64,000 bases of DNA from Psammoneis japonica. Lineage: Eukaryota. The stretch lies in contig QPGO01000164.1 of the NCBI GenBank assembly GCA_008632985.1, positions 1 through 64,000 of the forward strand, read 5' to 3'. A program made the position numbers and the translations under genes. Every line of letters begins with the position of its first letter. Within the stretch, counting starts at the first letter, position 1. The notes under the pieces were generated by a model. The model was not told the DNA's origin. It made no database searches and saw only the letters and a list, made by a program, of their open reading frames with translations. Shown here piece after piece: positions 24,290-35,680 of the stretch.

Positions 24290-25860
24290 CAGGGGGCACA
24301 ACGGTGGTTGCCTTGAGTGTGCAAGTTTGTTGGGACATCCCAGGGCCCGTCCCCATGATGCATGGTGTTTTTTGTCCACTTGAGGGAAAACACCTTTGTG
24401 GCAGCAGGAGGTGTGGGCAATGCTGGGAGGGGGAGAGACCTTGGATCTTGGCAGGTCCTGGGGAACCTTGTGAAGGAGCGATGTCATGATGGCAGGTGTG
24501 GTTCTTGCTAAAAGGATGGCAATCCTTTGAGTGTGTGAGTTTGTTGGGCATTGGGGGTTTTGGAGTCATGCAGCAATTGGCTTGTTCACATGATGCATGG
24601 TGGTTTTTGTCCACTTTGAGGAGAAGCACCTTTTGCTTTTATGGCAGCAGGTGTTGGCAACGCTGTGAGGGGAGACCTTGGCAGGTCCGGCGGAGCCTTG
24701 TGAAGGAGCAATGTCATGAGGGTGGTGGGTGCAGTTGCACAAAAGGGTGGTGATCCTTGCCCAAAATCAAAAATCTTTTTCAAAAATTGTCATGCTGCGA
24801 ACAGGACACTGAGACTTTGACATGCTTCTCACCATTGAAAATCTCAAGCATGAAAATGTGAGTGCATTGGAGTGCACATCACAACAAAGGCATTAAAAGC
24901 CATGAAAAGCACAAACTTGCCTTTCCCAAATGGTTGGTTCATGGATCTTCTGGGTCACAAACATGTGGTTGCACACACACACACACAAAGTGGAACAACC
25001 TCTGTGGGTGTGCACTCTTCAAGATTTCAACCAAGGTTCTTTCTTCTTGTCATCATTCTTTCTTCTTTCCTTTTGATTGAGGAGAGGACAGGAAATGACA
25101 AAATTTACTGCCTGGAACTGTGTCAAAGCCAAGACTGGCAACATCACTTTGAATTGTCATTGTCCACCACCAAGGACCTTCTCTTCTGCTTCTTGCCTGG
25201 CTTCTTTGAGAAACCTTGCCGGATTTCTCTTGTCCATCAGCCCCACACATCATTCCCAACCATGCAATGCACAATGGTGTCTGGCCCCTTTGCCAGCTGA
25301 TTCTTTCATGTGGTTTTGTGTTGAGGAGCAAATGATTTGGGAAAAGGGACCAGAGGAGCAGCAGTGCTCTCATCCTGCTTGGCATCATCAGATTTTGGCA
25401 CTCCTTCTTGATCATCAGCTGGGGGCAATGGTGTTTCACCACAAGAAATGTGCACATCAAGGCTCATGCTGAGATCCAAGAAGGAATCTTGGTCTGCAGC
25501 ATCACATTCTGGCAAGGTCAACCAGCAATGCTTCAAAAAATGAGCTCCTTGAAGAACATGTCATGCAACTCAATTGTCATCAGATGGACAATGTGCCCCT
25601 TTGGATTGCATCACATGACATTTGCAAAAATGAGCTTTTGGCATTCACCATCAAATCACCAAGGGTGCTGCACTTGCCAAGAAGACAACAAGAGCATGCA
25701 GTGCCTGAGTCCATTGGGTGAGCAAAGTGGAACAACCTCTGTGGTTGTGGCACTCTTCTGGATTTCAACCAAGGTTCTTTCTTCTTGTCATCATTCACTC
25801 TTCTTTCCTTTGGATTGGGGAGAGGACAGGAAATGACAAAATGCATTGTCTGGGAATGTG
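24290..25860. repeat. Degenerate dispersed direct repeats
   Basis: About 24355-24530 resembles about 24590-24760. About 24985-25110 resembles about 25722-25850 (caaagtggaacaacctctgtgg...gagaggacaggaaatgacaaaat). Confidence 0.75.
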
Positions 25861-26384
25861 TGGCTTAGATGCTTCAAATTTTTTGAGCTTCTACCCTCCA
25901 CAATTGTGGGACACTCATCTTTGCTTCTTCTTGCTGCACACTGTCGCAAATGTCCACATCTGCAGTGCCTTCCACCTTCCATGGCCATTTTGATGACTGT
26001 CACTTCTTTCTTTTGTCCCAAGCAATGACACCAGTTTTAAAGCTCCTGCAAGCTGTTTTCAGGGTTGTCCAATGCACTGACAGCCTTCAGCCTGACAGCA
26101 ATCTGTCAAGAGTTGAATTGAGCAGTTTGCTGGTTGATGCAAATGAACGTCTCTGTGGCAAAAGTCAACTGGAGCATTGCTGATTTCGGCATGTGATGAC
26201 AGGAAACATGTGATGTGGGGCAAGTTCATGTTGTTCATGTTCCTTCAGACCCACACCTTTCAGCAAGTCAGACGGACAGAAGTGAAAGGGGCAAGTTGTT
26301 GTTGCAATGTTTAAAACAAGCCCTGGGGGAGGGGGGGGGGGGGGGGGGCACTGACCACATGTTGTGCTGGGTTTTGTGCTTGCC

Positions 26385-28625
26385 AGGTGGTCAGTGAGTG
26401 CCAGCTTGGGTGGTTGATGCAAGGTTGGGATGGCCCCACATGTCAAGATGTGAGGACACAAATGAACTGGGCAGCAGGTCAGGAGGTGCACATGCACATG
26501 AGACAAACAAGCCATCCAGAAATGAGATGCAAATGAAACAGCAGTTGACGTGTGCACCATTGCCTCATGGCACTCATGCATGGAGGATTGCATTGTGTTG
26601 TGGCAGCCAGAGCAGAAACAGCAGTTAACGTGTGTGCTGTTGCCTTGCAGCGCTCATTGCTCATGCATGGAGGATTGCATGACATTGTGGCAACCAGTGC
26701 AAAGTTTTGTCCTTTCTGCTCAAGAGCCATTGCACAAGGTCCCCCACAGCCTGAGAACACACAAACAAGTTGCTCCCAGATTTGCTGGGCACAGTCACAT
26801 GCAAACTCCAAACCCAACCCGGGGGTCCCCCAAAAAGCACACATGTCATTGCAAACAAACTTGAAGCTGCTCACACTCTCACAAGCAAAAATGTCCAGAC
26901 TGCAACATTTGCAACCTTCTTGCATTCAGTGGGTGGTCAGTGAGTGTGGCTTGGGGGGTTGACATGAGGTGAGGATGGCCACACATGTTTTCAGAAATGA
27001 GGACACAAACAAACTGAAGGGAGTTGGTCAGGTGCGAGCGCATGTGAGACAAATGAAACATGCAGAAATGCTGACACAAGTGAAACAGCAGTTGTTGTGT
27101 GCACCATTGCTGTTGCCACACAGTGCTTCTCATGCCGGTGGCATGGAAAATTAACCACAAAATTTGTGGTCAACCAACACAAAATGAGAAACAGCTGGTG
27201 TTTGTGCGCAGCAATGCCAGCAGCAATGAGGTCTGGTCATTGTTGCTTGCACGCATGTTGGGGGCAGGTCCAATCTGTCCAATGACTGCCCACCGACCAA
27301 CAAGATTGTCCACTGCCACACAACCCGACTCATCCCAACTGCTGCGTGCACTGCCAACACATCAGCTTGAAGACAGAGATCACATTTTGCGGTGCAAACA
27401 TGATGAGTCTTGGCGGCGCACTCTTCTCCAGGGCTTGCAGAAGAAGTGTGACGACACACACACACACACACAAATCTCCATCACTCTGGAATCTGTTGCT
27501 GCATGCTCTTGAGGGATGGTTTCATTGTGAGTTGCTTTGTTCTATGAACATCCATCAGAGTGCTGTGGTGGTGCTTCAAGCTCAAAACGAAATTGGTTGG
27601 AGACACATTTTCAATGGGCGTTTCTCCTTGTTGTGGAGTGAAGCTCAAGCACCACACTTGTTGTCTGCAGGTTTGCATCACTCCTTGTTGGACAAGGAAA
27701 GGCGCTTAGATTGGGCTGCCACAATTGGCAGTTTTGTGTGGTCTCAGTGGTGGGAACTCTGGGACAGTCTCACAACGACGCCGTGCATGGGCACGATTCG
27801 GAAACAAGAAAGTCCTCAAAGCACCAAGATGCTGAGGCAAAAGTGCAAGCTATCCATTCAAAAGCATGTGACTGTTTGGCTTGCAATCGATCTGAGTTGC
27901 TTGATTCAGTGTAGGAGCATCTCACTCATTTGACCTGTGGATTGCGCAATTGGTTGGCTGTGGTCAGGCCAATGTTCAAGTGTCCAGCATCCACGAAGCC
28001 CAGCGTCTAGCAGTGAGGGGCACTTGCACCATTGCAAGTTATCTTGGTGTGGCATCACCTCAGGGCAATGCCAATTCAGGCCAGTTGTTGTGTGCTCCTG
28101 CCGCACCCAGTGCACTGGGAGTGTGGGTTAGCTTGTTGCTGGAGTTGCAGGGTGGAAGCGCAGCAGCACTTAAAATTAGACTTTTGGTTTTGTTTTGTCC
28201 AATGACCACCCAAAGCAGAAAAAATTCATTTGCACTTGCCACACGCAAACACAAAAAAGTGGCCAACATGCCGTTGTGGTCAACATTCTGTGCCACTGGC
28301 ATGTGTGGAGGATTGCACAACATTTTGATGGTGGCTGGTGCAAAGTTTTGTCGCTTTCTTCCACACAAGAGTCATTGCACAAGGTCCCAACCCCCTGATG
28401 ACACACAAACAAGTCAACATCAAGTTCAAGGCATGCAGTCACTTGCAAACTCCACACCCAACCCGGGTGTTGCACAAAAAGAACGTGTTCCCCTGCGAAG
28501 CAACACACAAAGCTGCTCACACACTTGCGCACACTCACAAGCAAAAATGTCCAGACCACAACATTTGAAACCTTCATTGAAACCTTCATAAAACTTTTAT
28601 GTCACTTGACCCGGGTGGTCAGTGA
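26385..28625. repeat. Tandem units of about 545 bp starting GGTGGTCAGTGA; second unit interrupted by a LINE fragment
   Basis: Unit starts at about 26386, 26932 and 28613. 26660-26920 aligns to 28305-28575, and 26386-26570 aligns to 26932-27110. Confidence 0.75.
27150..28260 (+). mobile_element. Degenerate 3' fragment of a non-LTR retrotransposon (Ambal-like)
   Basis: Cys/His motif relic (..EDRDHILRC) and QNEIGWRHIFNGRFS.LW..AQ...W....WELW..HNDAVHG, resembling diatom LINE C-termini as I recall them. A-rich end near 28250. Confidence 0.55.
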
Positions 28626-28888
28626 TTGACAATGGTGAGGAGACACAATAGTTGCATTGTTGTTTGTTTGTGGGATAAAAAAAGGAGGAGTCGAGTGGCA
28701 AGTTTTCAGAAGAACTTCGTCTGGCCATCTTCCATGCATGATGGCCCGCGCCCCGCGCGATCGATCGCTGATTGCTGATCTCATACTTCCTAGCCCTCTA
28801 GGGCCTACAGCACATAGCCCTACAGTGCCATACTACCTACTACTACCCTCTACTAGCTAGGAGTAAAGAGAGGAGTAGTAGAGAGTGA

Positions 28889-31582
28889 TTGCGCAATACC
28901 GGTATGAAGTCAACCATGATGAATGAGGACGATGATTCATCCTCGGTGTCTGACAATCCAAGTCTCGCGGTGGCGGAAGCCATGGTGGTTGCTCGTGGCG
29001 ATAGAGAAATGAGTTCCATGGCGAAGATAAGTTGTTGGACGGGATCCTACAACAAGGACGGCTTCCAGAACGAAAAGGAGGTATTTTGGAGACGCCGGCT
29101 TGCAATGCAGGAAGACAAAGAGCAGACGAAGAAACCGCATGATTCAAACAACGATGGAGATGCAAAATCAAAAGAATTGACGGATTCTGACAGTACGCTG
29201 AATGAAAATGAAAAGAACGGAAGCAAGAATGCGGCGTCGGAGCTGAGACTTGCTTCAACGGCTGCAGAAGAAGAAGATGTTCACGAATTCCCTTCTGGAG
29301 ACGGTGACGATGAAGATGGTGGAAACAATGACAACATGGTTCCTCTCTCTCCAAAAGAGAAGAGAGCGTCACCGGAGGAGACTGTGGAAGAAACGGACGA
29401 GATGCAGAAGCAAGATCAAGAGCAGCGTCGGCCGCCAGAACCCACTTCTCTTGTTGATGGTAAAGAAAATGAAAGTTCCGTGGAAAACGATTTGAGGGAC
29501 ACGGAAGAATTGGTAACACCACTCAGTGATCCAGAAGAGGAGGGGCACGAAAAAGAAGAAGAAGAAGAAGAGAAAGACAATGAAGAAATCGTTGCTCTGA
29601 AAGCTCGTATTGATTCACTAGAAGGGATTCGAGAGGAGTTGCAAAAGCGCATTGAGCTACAAAACGATCAAATTGAGAAACTGACTCAATCCAATGAGGA
29701 AATGGAATCAAGGATGTTGCAGGAAAAGGAGCTTCATCGGGAAGACCTGGAGCAAACAAGACAAGAACTGTTGGAAGGGGCGAAACGTCGGATTGACGAT
29801 ATGGAGGCACAGATGGCACAGCGTATTGCGGATGCAGAGAAACGGGCCAGAAAGGAAGAAAGGAAGCAAACCGACGACGATGATTCATCAGTGGACACGC
29901 ACAATTTCAAGACTCCAGAGTCTCATCAGGTATCTCTAAAGCCGATAAGCAGAAAGAAGAAAAGGAAAGAAACGGAACCGCACAAGACACCAACCAAGAA
30001 GATGTTCTCTCCTGAGGAAGACGTTCGCCGTGCTCATCGCACCCGATTCCCACCGTTGGAATGTGGGAAAAACGAGCATCCCGTGTTCGAAGCTAGTGAC
30101 GAAGAGGGAGACTTGAGTGAAGCCATTGATGAGACAGAGGCACAAATGGCACATCGCTTTCCGGAGGCAGAGGAACGGGTCAGAGAGGAAGCAAGGAAGC
30201 AAACCGACGACGACGATTCAACAGTGGGCACGCACGATCTGAAGACTGCAGAGTCTCATCAGGCATCTCTAAAGCCGAAAAGTAGAAAGAAGAAAAGGAA
30301 AAAAATGGCACCACGCAAGACACCAACCAAGAAGATGTTCTCTCCTGAGGAAGGCGTTCGCTGTTCTCGTCGCACCCGATGTCCACCAGTGGAGTATTGG
30401 AAAAATGAGCGTCCCGTGTTCGAAGCTAATGACGAAGAGGGAGAGCTGGGTGAAGCCATTGACGAGACAGAGGCACAAATGGCACATCGCTTTCCGGAGG
30501 CAGAGGAACTGGTCAGAGAGGAAGCAAGGAAGCAAACCGACGACGATGATTCATCAGTGGGCACGCACGATTTGAAGACTGCAGAGTCTCATCAGATATC
30601 TCTAAAGCCGAAAAGCAGAAAGAGGAAAAGGAAAAAAATGGCACCACACAAGACACCAACCAAGAAGATGTTCTCTCCTGAGGAAGGCGTTCGCTGTTCT
30701 CGTCGCACCCGATGTCCACCGGTGGAGTATTGGAAAAATGAGCGTCCCGTGTTCGAAGCTAATGACGAAGAGGGAGAGCTGGGTGAAGCCATTGACGAGA
30801 CGGAAGCACAAATGGCACATCGCTTTCCGGAGGCAGAGGAACGGGCCAGAGAGGAAGCGAGGAATCAAACCGACGACGACGATTCAACAGTGGGCACGCA
30901 CGATCTGAAGACTGCAGAGTCTCATCAGATATCTCTAAAGCCGAAAAGCAGAAAGAGGAAAAGGAAAAAAATGGCACCACACAAGACACCAACCAAGAAG
31001 ATGTTCTCTCCTGAGGAAGGCGTTCGCTGTTCTCGTCGCACCCGATGTCCACCGGTGGAGTATTGGAAGAATGAGCGTCCCGTGTTCGAAGCTAATGACG
31101 AAGAGGGAGAGCTGGGTGAGGCCATTGACGACACAGTGCCACAAATGGTACAGCGTATTGCGGATGCAGAGAAACGGGCCAGAAAGGGAGCGAGGAATCA
31201 AACTGACGATGGTGAGTTATCAGTGGACACGCACGATTTGAAGATTCCAGAGTCTCCATCTCCAAAGCCAAAAAGCAGAAAGAAGAAAAGGAAAGAAACG
31301 GAACGTCACAAGACACCAACCAAAAAGAGGACGGCTTCAGGTTCGTTATCATCACCTCCTGGATTTCACGTGGTTAAAGTCTTCCCCGTCCCGGAACACG
31401 TTCTAATCTCTCCTGAGGAAGGGGTTCGTCAATCTCGTCGCGTCCGATTCCCACCGTTGAAGTATTGGGAAAATGAGCATCTCGTGTTCGAAGCTAATGA
31501 CGAAGAGGGAGAGTTGGGTAAAGCCATGGGTAACATGCCCGTGGTGCGTGGTGTAATGTATCGGCAAGAAAAGACAAAGTGA
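28889..31582 (+). CDS. Acidic/coiled-coil protein with five tandem units each carrying a CENP-C-motif-like sequence; start probably the Met at 28903
   Basis: Open 897-aa frame with normal TpA/CpG. Motif GVR.SRR.R.PP..YW.NE..VF occurs five times (first copy degenerate). No cupin domain seen. Confidence 0.75.
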   Translation: MRNTGMKSTMMNEDDDSSSVSDNPSLAVAEAMVVARGDREMSSMAKISCWTGSYNKDGFQNEKEVFWRRRLAMQEDKEQTKKPHDSNNDGDAKSKELTDSDSTLNENEKNGSKNAASELRLASTAAEEEDVHEFPSGDGDDEDGGNNDNMVPLSPKEKRASPEETVEETDEMQKQDQEQRRPPEPTSLVDGKENESSVENDLRDTEELVTPLSDPEEEGHEKEEEEEEKDNEEIVALKARIDSLEGIREELQKRIELQNDQIEKLTQSNEEMESRMLQEKELHREDLEQTRQELLEGAKRRIDDMEAQMAQRIADAEKRARKEERKQTDDDDSSVDTHNFKTPESHQVSLKPISRKKKRKETEPHKTPTKKMFSPEEDVRRAHRTRFPPLECGKNEHPVFEASDEEGDLSEAIDETEAQMAHRFPEAEERVREEARKQTDDDDSTVGTHDLKTAESHQASLKPKSRKKKRKKMAPRKTPTKKMFSPEEGVRCSRRTRCPPVEYWKNERPVFEANDEEGELGEAIDETEAQMAHRFPEAEELVREEARKQTDDDDSSVGTHDLKTAESHQISLKPKSRKRKRKKMAPHKTPTKKMFSPEEGVRCSRRTRCPPVEYWKNERPVFEANDEEGELGEAIDETEAQMAHRFPEAEERAREEARNQTDDDDSTVGTHDLKTAESHQISLKPKSRKRKRKKMAPHKTPTKKMFSPEEGVRCSRRTRCPPVEYWKNERPVFEANDEEGELGEAIDDTVPQMVQRIADAEKRARKGARNQTDDGELSVDTHDLKIPESPSPKPKSRKKKRKETERHKTPTKKRTASGSLSSPPGFHVVKVFPVPEHVLISPEEGVRQSRRVRFPPLKYWENEHLVFEANDEEGELGKAMGNMPVVRGVMYRQEKTK
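29800..31525 (+). repeat. 333-bp (111-aa) coding tandem repeat, 5 units
   Basis: gcacaaatggcacatcgctttccggaggcagagga recurs at about 30140, 30473 and 30806. Units 1 and 5 are more divergent; unit 5 has an insertion. Confidence 0.95.
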
Positions 31583-31975
31583 CCAACGTTTGGTGCTGTG
31601 TAGGCGGTGTTTGGCTCCATACCGTAGATGTGTAGTAGTTCTTATCATATTCAATTGCACAGATTTGAATATCTTCTTGTGCACATTATACGCACGCGGG
31701 AGCGGAGAAGGGTACTTGAGCTTAATAGAACGGTACGAAGACAAATGTTCAGTTGCTTTGTGTTCTGGGAGGCATTGGAAAAGGCACGGTGTATGAAATA
31801 GAAATTGAGGCAAAGATTGAGGGCTACGTAGGGACTCGAGTTTCCACACGAGAACAGGCTAGCTCAGTACATCTAGCAACCAACGCTTCGACAAGCGAAG
31901 AATCAGAGAAAACATTAAAGAACCGCAGCTATTTTAGTTGCCACCAACCTTTCGTAGCAGTTACTACATCACTTT

Positions 31976-33412
31976 TCAATACACTGCAACATCTCCCGGA
32001 AAGAAAATAACTTGGATCGTCTTGCTGTACAATGCCGATGCGCCATGTATTCCAATCGGATTCCCAACCATGATGAGTACCTTTAGTGTTGCATTCTTGT
32101 CTCGCAGTGCTTCTCCCAAAGCCACGGCTCCGGGATATGCAATGTCATTGTATCGCAAATCCAACTCGTGCAAAAAGAGCCCTTTACTCAGCCCTTGTGC
32201 ACCCTCATTCCCAATGGCATTGCCATAGAGATGCAATTCCTTGAGTCGACAGTATGACGTGGTGTATGCTAGTGATGCCAAAGCGGACCCAAACGCCGCA
32301 GCTCCGTCGTTCCCAATCTGATTCTCGCCAAGATCCAGCATTTCAATACTGGACCATCTCGAATGAACCAGAGCCTTCTCCAGAGACAGCGCTAATGTCT
32401 GCGAACCCTCCGGACCAAGCTTGTTGCATGGCAAAAACAAACGCTTCAACTGGGCCGGTTGCGTCGATTCCAACCATGCCGCAAGCGCCTCTGCACCCTT
32501 TTCGGAAATATCGTTCCCATCCAACCAAAGCGACTCGCACCATGACAAGACACCCGGTAACAAGAGCAACTTCAGTCCCTCATCTCCAATACGACAATCC
32601 GAAAGAACAATCTTTTTAATGAACTTTGCCTTTTTTATTGCCGCCGTCAATTGTTGAACCTGCGACAAGGATAGCACCTGACGGCGCAAATCAATGTGTT
32701 GAATATACAAATTCTTGTTACCCAACAACGAAAGCGTCCTGTCCAGTGGTGGCTGCAATGGCGGCGGTAGAGCTGTGGCAGCTGTGGGAGCTGTAACTGG
32801 TGGCACAGCAGAAGCAACACTAGCAGTTGCTACTTGAGGAGTTGTAGTGCTAGCAGCCGGTTTCTCAGTAGAATCCATCTCTTGCTTGGATTCTTCTGGA
32901 ACCGCAGCGACTTCTGCCTGAGTGGATTCTTCCAGTACAGAAACAGCTTTTGACTGACTAGACATTTTGTCATTTTCTGTAGAGGTGCTTTCTTTGTTTT
33001 GAGTAAGAATTGTATCTTCCTTTGCTGATTTGCTCTGGTTCGAGTCTTTGCTTTCTTCGTGCAGTTCTTCTTGAGGCAATTCACTCTCCGCCTCTTTTCT
33101 TCTCGAAGAAACCCTCTTGCTTGTTCCTTCGGGACTTTTATGTGATGTATCAATAACCCGTTTTCCAACCATGGAGCTCTTTTTCTTTGGAGATTTCTTT
33201 GGAGATTTCCTTGCATTATTATTATCCGTTTCTGGACTGTATCTGTCGGTTGCCCGACGAGTTCGTCGTGTCGGAGATGCAGCAGTTTCTTCCGAACGCT
33301 CGCGTTTTCCTCTTACTGCTGTGCTTTCTTGGGTCTTTGAAGAATCATCAGCCTCAGACCTGTACTTTTCTGGTGGTCGAACATTGCGGCGTGTGTTTGA
33401 AGATCGCGTCAT
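31976..33412 (-). CDS. Ribonuclease-inhibitor-type (NLRC3-like) leucine-rich repeat protein with low-complexity N-terminus
   Basis: Repeated LxLxxNxIGxxGAxAL units (LWLDGNDISEKGAEALA, LDLGENQIGNDGAAAFG, LHLYGNAIGNEGAQGL). Confidence 0.88.
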   Translation of the reverse strand: MTRSSNTRRNVRPPEKYRSEADDSSKTQESTAVRGKRERSEETAASPTRRTRRATDRYSPETDNNNARKSPKKSPKKKSSMVGKRVIDTSHKSPEGTSKRVSSRRKEAESELPQEELHEESKDSNQSKSAKEDTILTQNKESTSTENDKMSSQSKAVSVLEESTQAEVAAVPEESKQEMDSTEKPAASTTTPQVATASVASAVPPVTAPTAATALPPPLQPPLDRTLSLLGNKNLYIQHIDLRRQVLSLSQVQQLTAAIKKAKFIKKIVLSDCRIGDEGLKLLLLPGVLSWCESLWLDGNDISEKGAEALAAWLESTQPAQLKRLFLPCNKLGPEGSQTLALSLEKALVHSRWSSIEMLDLGENQIGNDGAAAFGSALASLAYTTSYCRLKELHLYGNAIGNEGAQGLSKGLFLHELDLRYNDIAYPGAVALGEALRDKNATLKVLIMVGNPIGIHGASALYSKTIQVIFFPGDVAVY

Positions 33413-33484
33413 GGCGGCGAGACATCGTTATATCGCTCTAGGTATCGTACTCGTAAATGTAATGGTACATGGCGGCAGCGCAGC

Positions 33485-34941
33485 TATGGGTCCCAACGCC
33501 ACACTTCCACGTGTAATCACAAACCCCAAACCCCCCATTTTTTACCAATCCCGATGACTTTTGGGGCATTCAGCAATCCACCCATTCTTGACAAGCAAAT
33601 GTTGCAGCAATGGTGAAGGTGTTGGACAACTTATGCTGCTTTGCCCTTGATGCTGTGCATGCCATTCTTGAGTCGATTGAAGTTTCTTTCAAGGGGGCTC
33701 TTGTTTGAGTCTCTGCATCGCTCTCACAGTCTCCACATCGCTCACCTTCTGCAAATCATCTGACTTGATCAAGCCAGTCAATCAGCAGTTCATTGTCAGA
33801 AGGTTTGAAATGTTCCTGGGTTGCCACAAATTCACCACAAACAATCTCAATGATCTGTCTGGAGGCCCGAAGCTCGAAAGTGGACACAGTCTCGAGAGAC
33901 TGGAGATGGCATTGGACGATGGCCCAAATCCCCAAGTCTTGCGTGCCTCCACGATCGCCGCAGTGTCTCCAATGCTGTCACTCTGGTCTGTTGAAAGCAA
34001 AGCAAACTCCAGTTCTGCAAAAGCACTCAGGCTGCTCTTTGCCAGCTGCTGCAGTGGCACCTTGAGCCTTGGGCCATGGATTTGTGTTTGAGTCTGGCTC
34101 AAGCAGCACATTGCCATCCCTCAAAATTGTCTGAAGCTCGTCTGCAACACCTTCCATGTCGTCAGGGAGGTAAAAAAAATCGAAGAAAGCTTCCGCCATC
34201 ATCGGCAGATCTTTTTCCTGAAATTGAGCGGCTTCTGTGGTGGACAAGTTTTTGCAATGGGGTCATTGATCCACCGACTGCGACCATGAGCATGCTCACA
34301 TGTGGAGTGCTGAGTCCCAGCTGGAGTTGGACTCTTCCCAATTTGGAAACACCTGGGTCTGGCTTTGATGGTCTTTCCACTTGCATTCACAAAGTTCTTT
34401 TTTGACCCACACTGTTGCTCCAACCATGAAAATGTTGGAAACATGTCTCCTGTGTTGCCCGCAGGACTGCTCCCAGCCGCTCCCACACTGTCTTCTCTGC
34501 GGTGCTTCCCCACACCAATTTCACGAACCAGCACAAGCTCGTGCACCCACCATTTTTGATTTGTGTTTTTTGGCTTTTTTACAACCACCAGCTTTGGCTC
34601 AGCGGGTGTTGAAAATCTGACGAATGAGTGGTTGATGAAGACTCGGCACGTGACATGGCGTCACGAACGACTGAATCGGCGTGTTTGTCAACGGCTCGCC
34701 ACAAAATCAAAATCGTGGAGAACGCATTTAGACACCTGTCCAACAGATGCCAGTTGATCACATGCCAAATGCGTTCTTGCAGAATCAAAGGTTTGGACAA
34801 CTTTCGCAGTGTCGCAATCATCACCATCGTCGGTGCGAGATTTGATCAAATTCCCCGCGACAGCACCGCGGTGATGGTCTGTACGCTCATCAGGAGAGCG
34901 CGCCTGCCACGCCAAATCGGATTTAAGGGATGGGACCCATA
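33485..34941. mobile_element. Non-autonomous TIR DNA element, 11-bp TIR TATGGGTCCCA, apparent 5-bp TSD GCAGC
   Basis: 33485-33495 tatgggtccca and 34931-34941 tgggacccata; gcagc at 33480-33484 and 34942-34946. Interior is degenerate coding-like sequence on the minus strand. Confidence 0.65.
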
Positions 34942-35680
34942 GCAGCCACATACAGTAAGGCGCCAGCGTTTCACAATCCGTCCTTCGTACGCACATTTGA
35001 GCGAGGACACGGTGCAACAAGAAGCGTTGACGACTCTACTCTGTACTCTAGTAGCTACTAGAGAGAGAGTAGCTAGTAGCTAGCTAGCTCTAGAGTAGCT
35101 AGTAGTGGCTCTAGCTAGCTAGCTCTAGAGAGTAGAGTGTATGAATGCTCTACAGTGTCCATGCTCGTACTACTCGTAGTAGGGCTCTAGAGCTAATAGA
35201 AGTTACTCTCTAAAAGCAGCTAGTCTTAGAGTGCTACTCTCTTGAGCTGGAGAGGTACAGTCTGACGGCAAACGCGCTTTGGATTTTCATTTTAAAACAG
35301 TTCTACTGTGTTTGTGTGCTTTTATTGGGAAGGGGAGGAAAAGAGGCCAGACTGAGTGTACATTGAAAGCCAAGACCAGCAAGACGTGCCATTTCATGTC
35401 CAAATCAGCATGGATCTAGAACTGTCTAAGTGAAACTCATGTTGTTCATCCTATGATGCTGCACTCTTGAACAAAACTTCTGCTAAGAGCTCTGGGTACC
35501 TCTTTTGGTTACTCCAGTGATGCTAACTGATCACAAGTGGTCTAGCTGCCATTCCATCTAGAATTCCAGATCTGTTTTCCTGATCTGACCTTATCTGCTC
35601 CTTCTCTATAATATCCCCACCCCCAGAACAAGACACTGCTGTTGCCTTTTTGGTTAGGAAGTGTGATGTCAATTCTAAAG

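Noticed and set aside
26327..26348. Poly-G run, also (GA)n at about 6693-6712 and (CT)n at about 50116-50135
   Set aside because: Ordinary simple repeats with no evidence of function.
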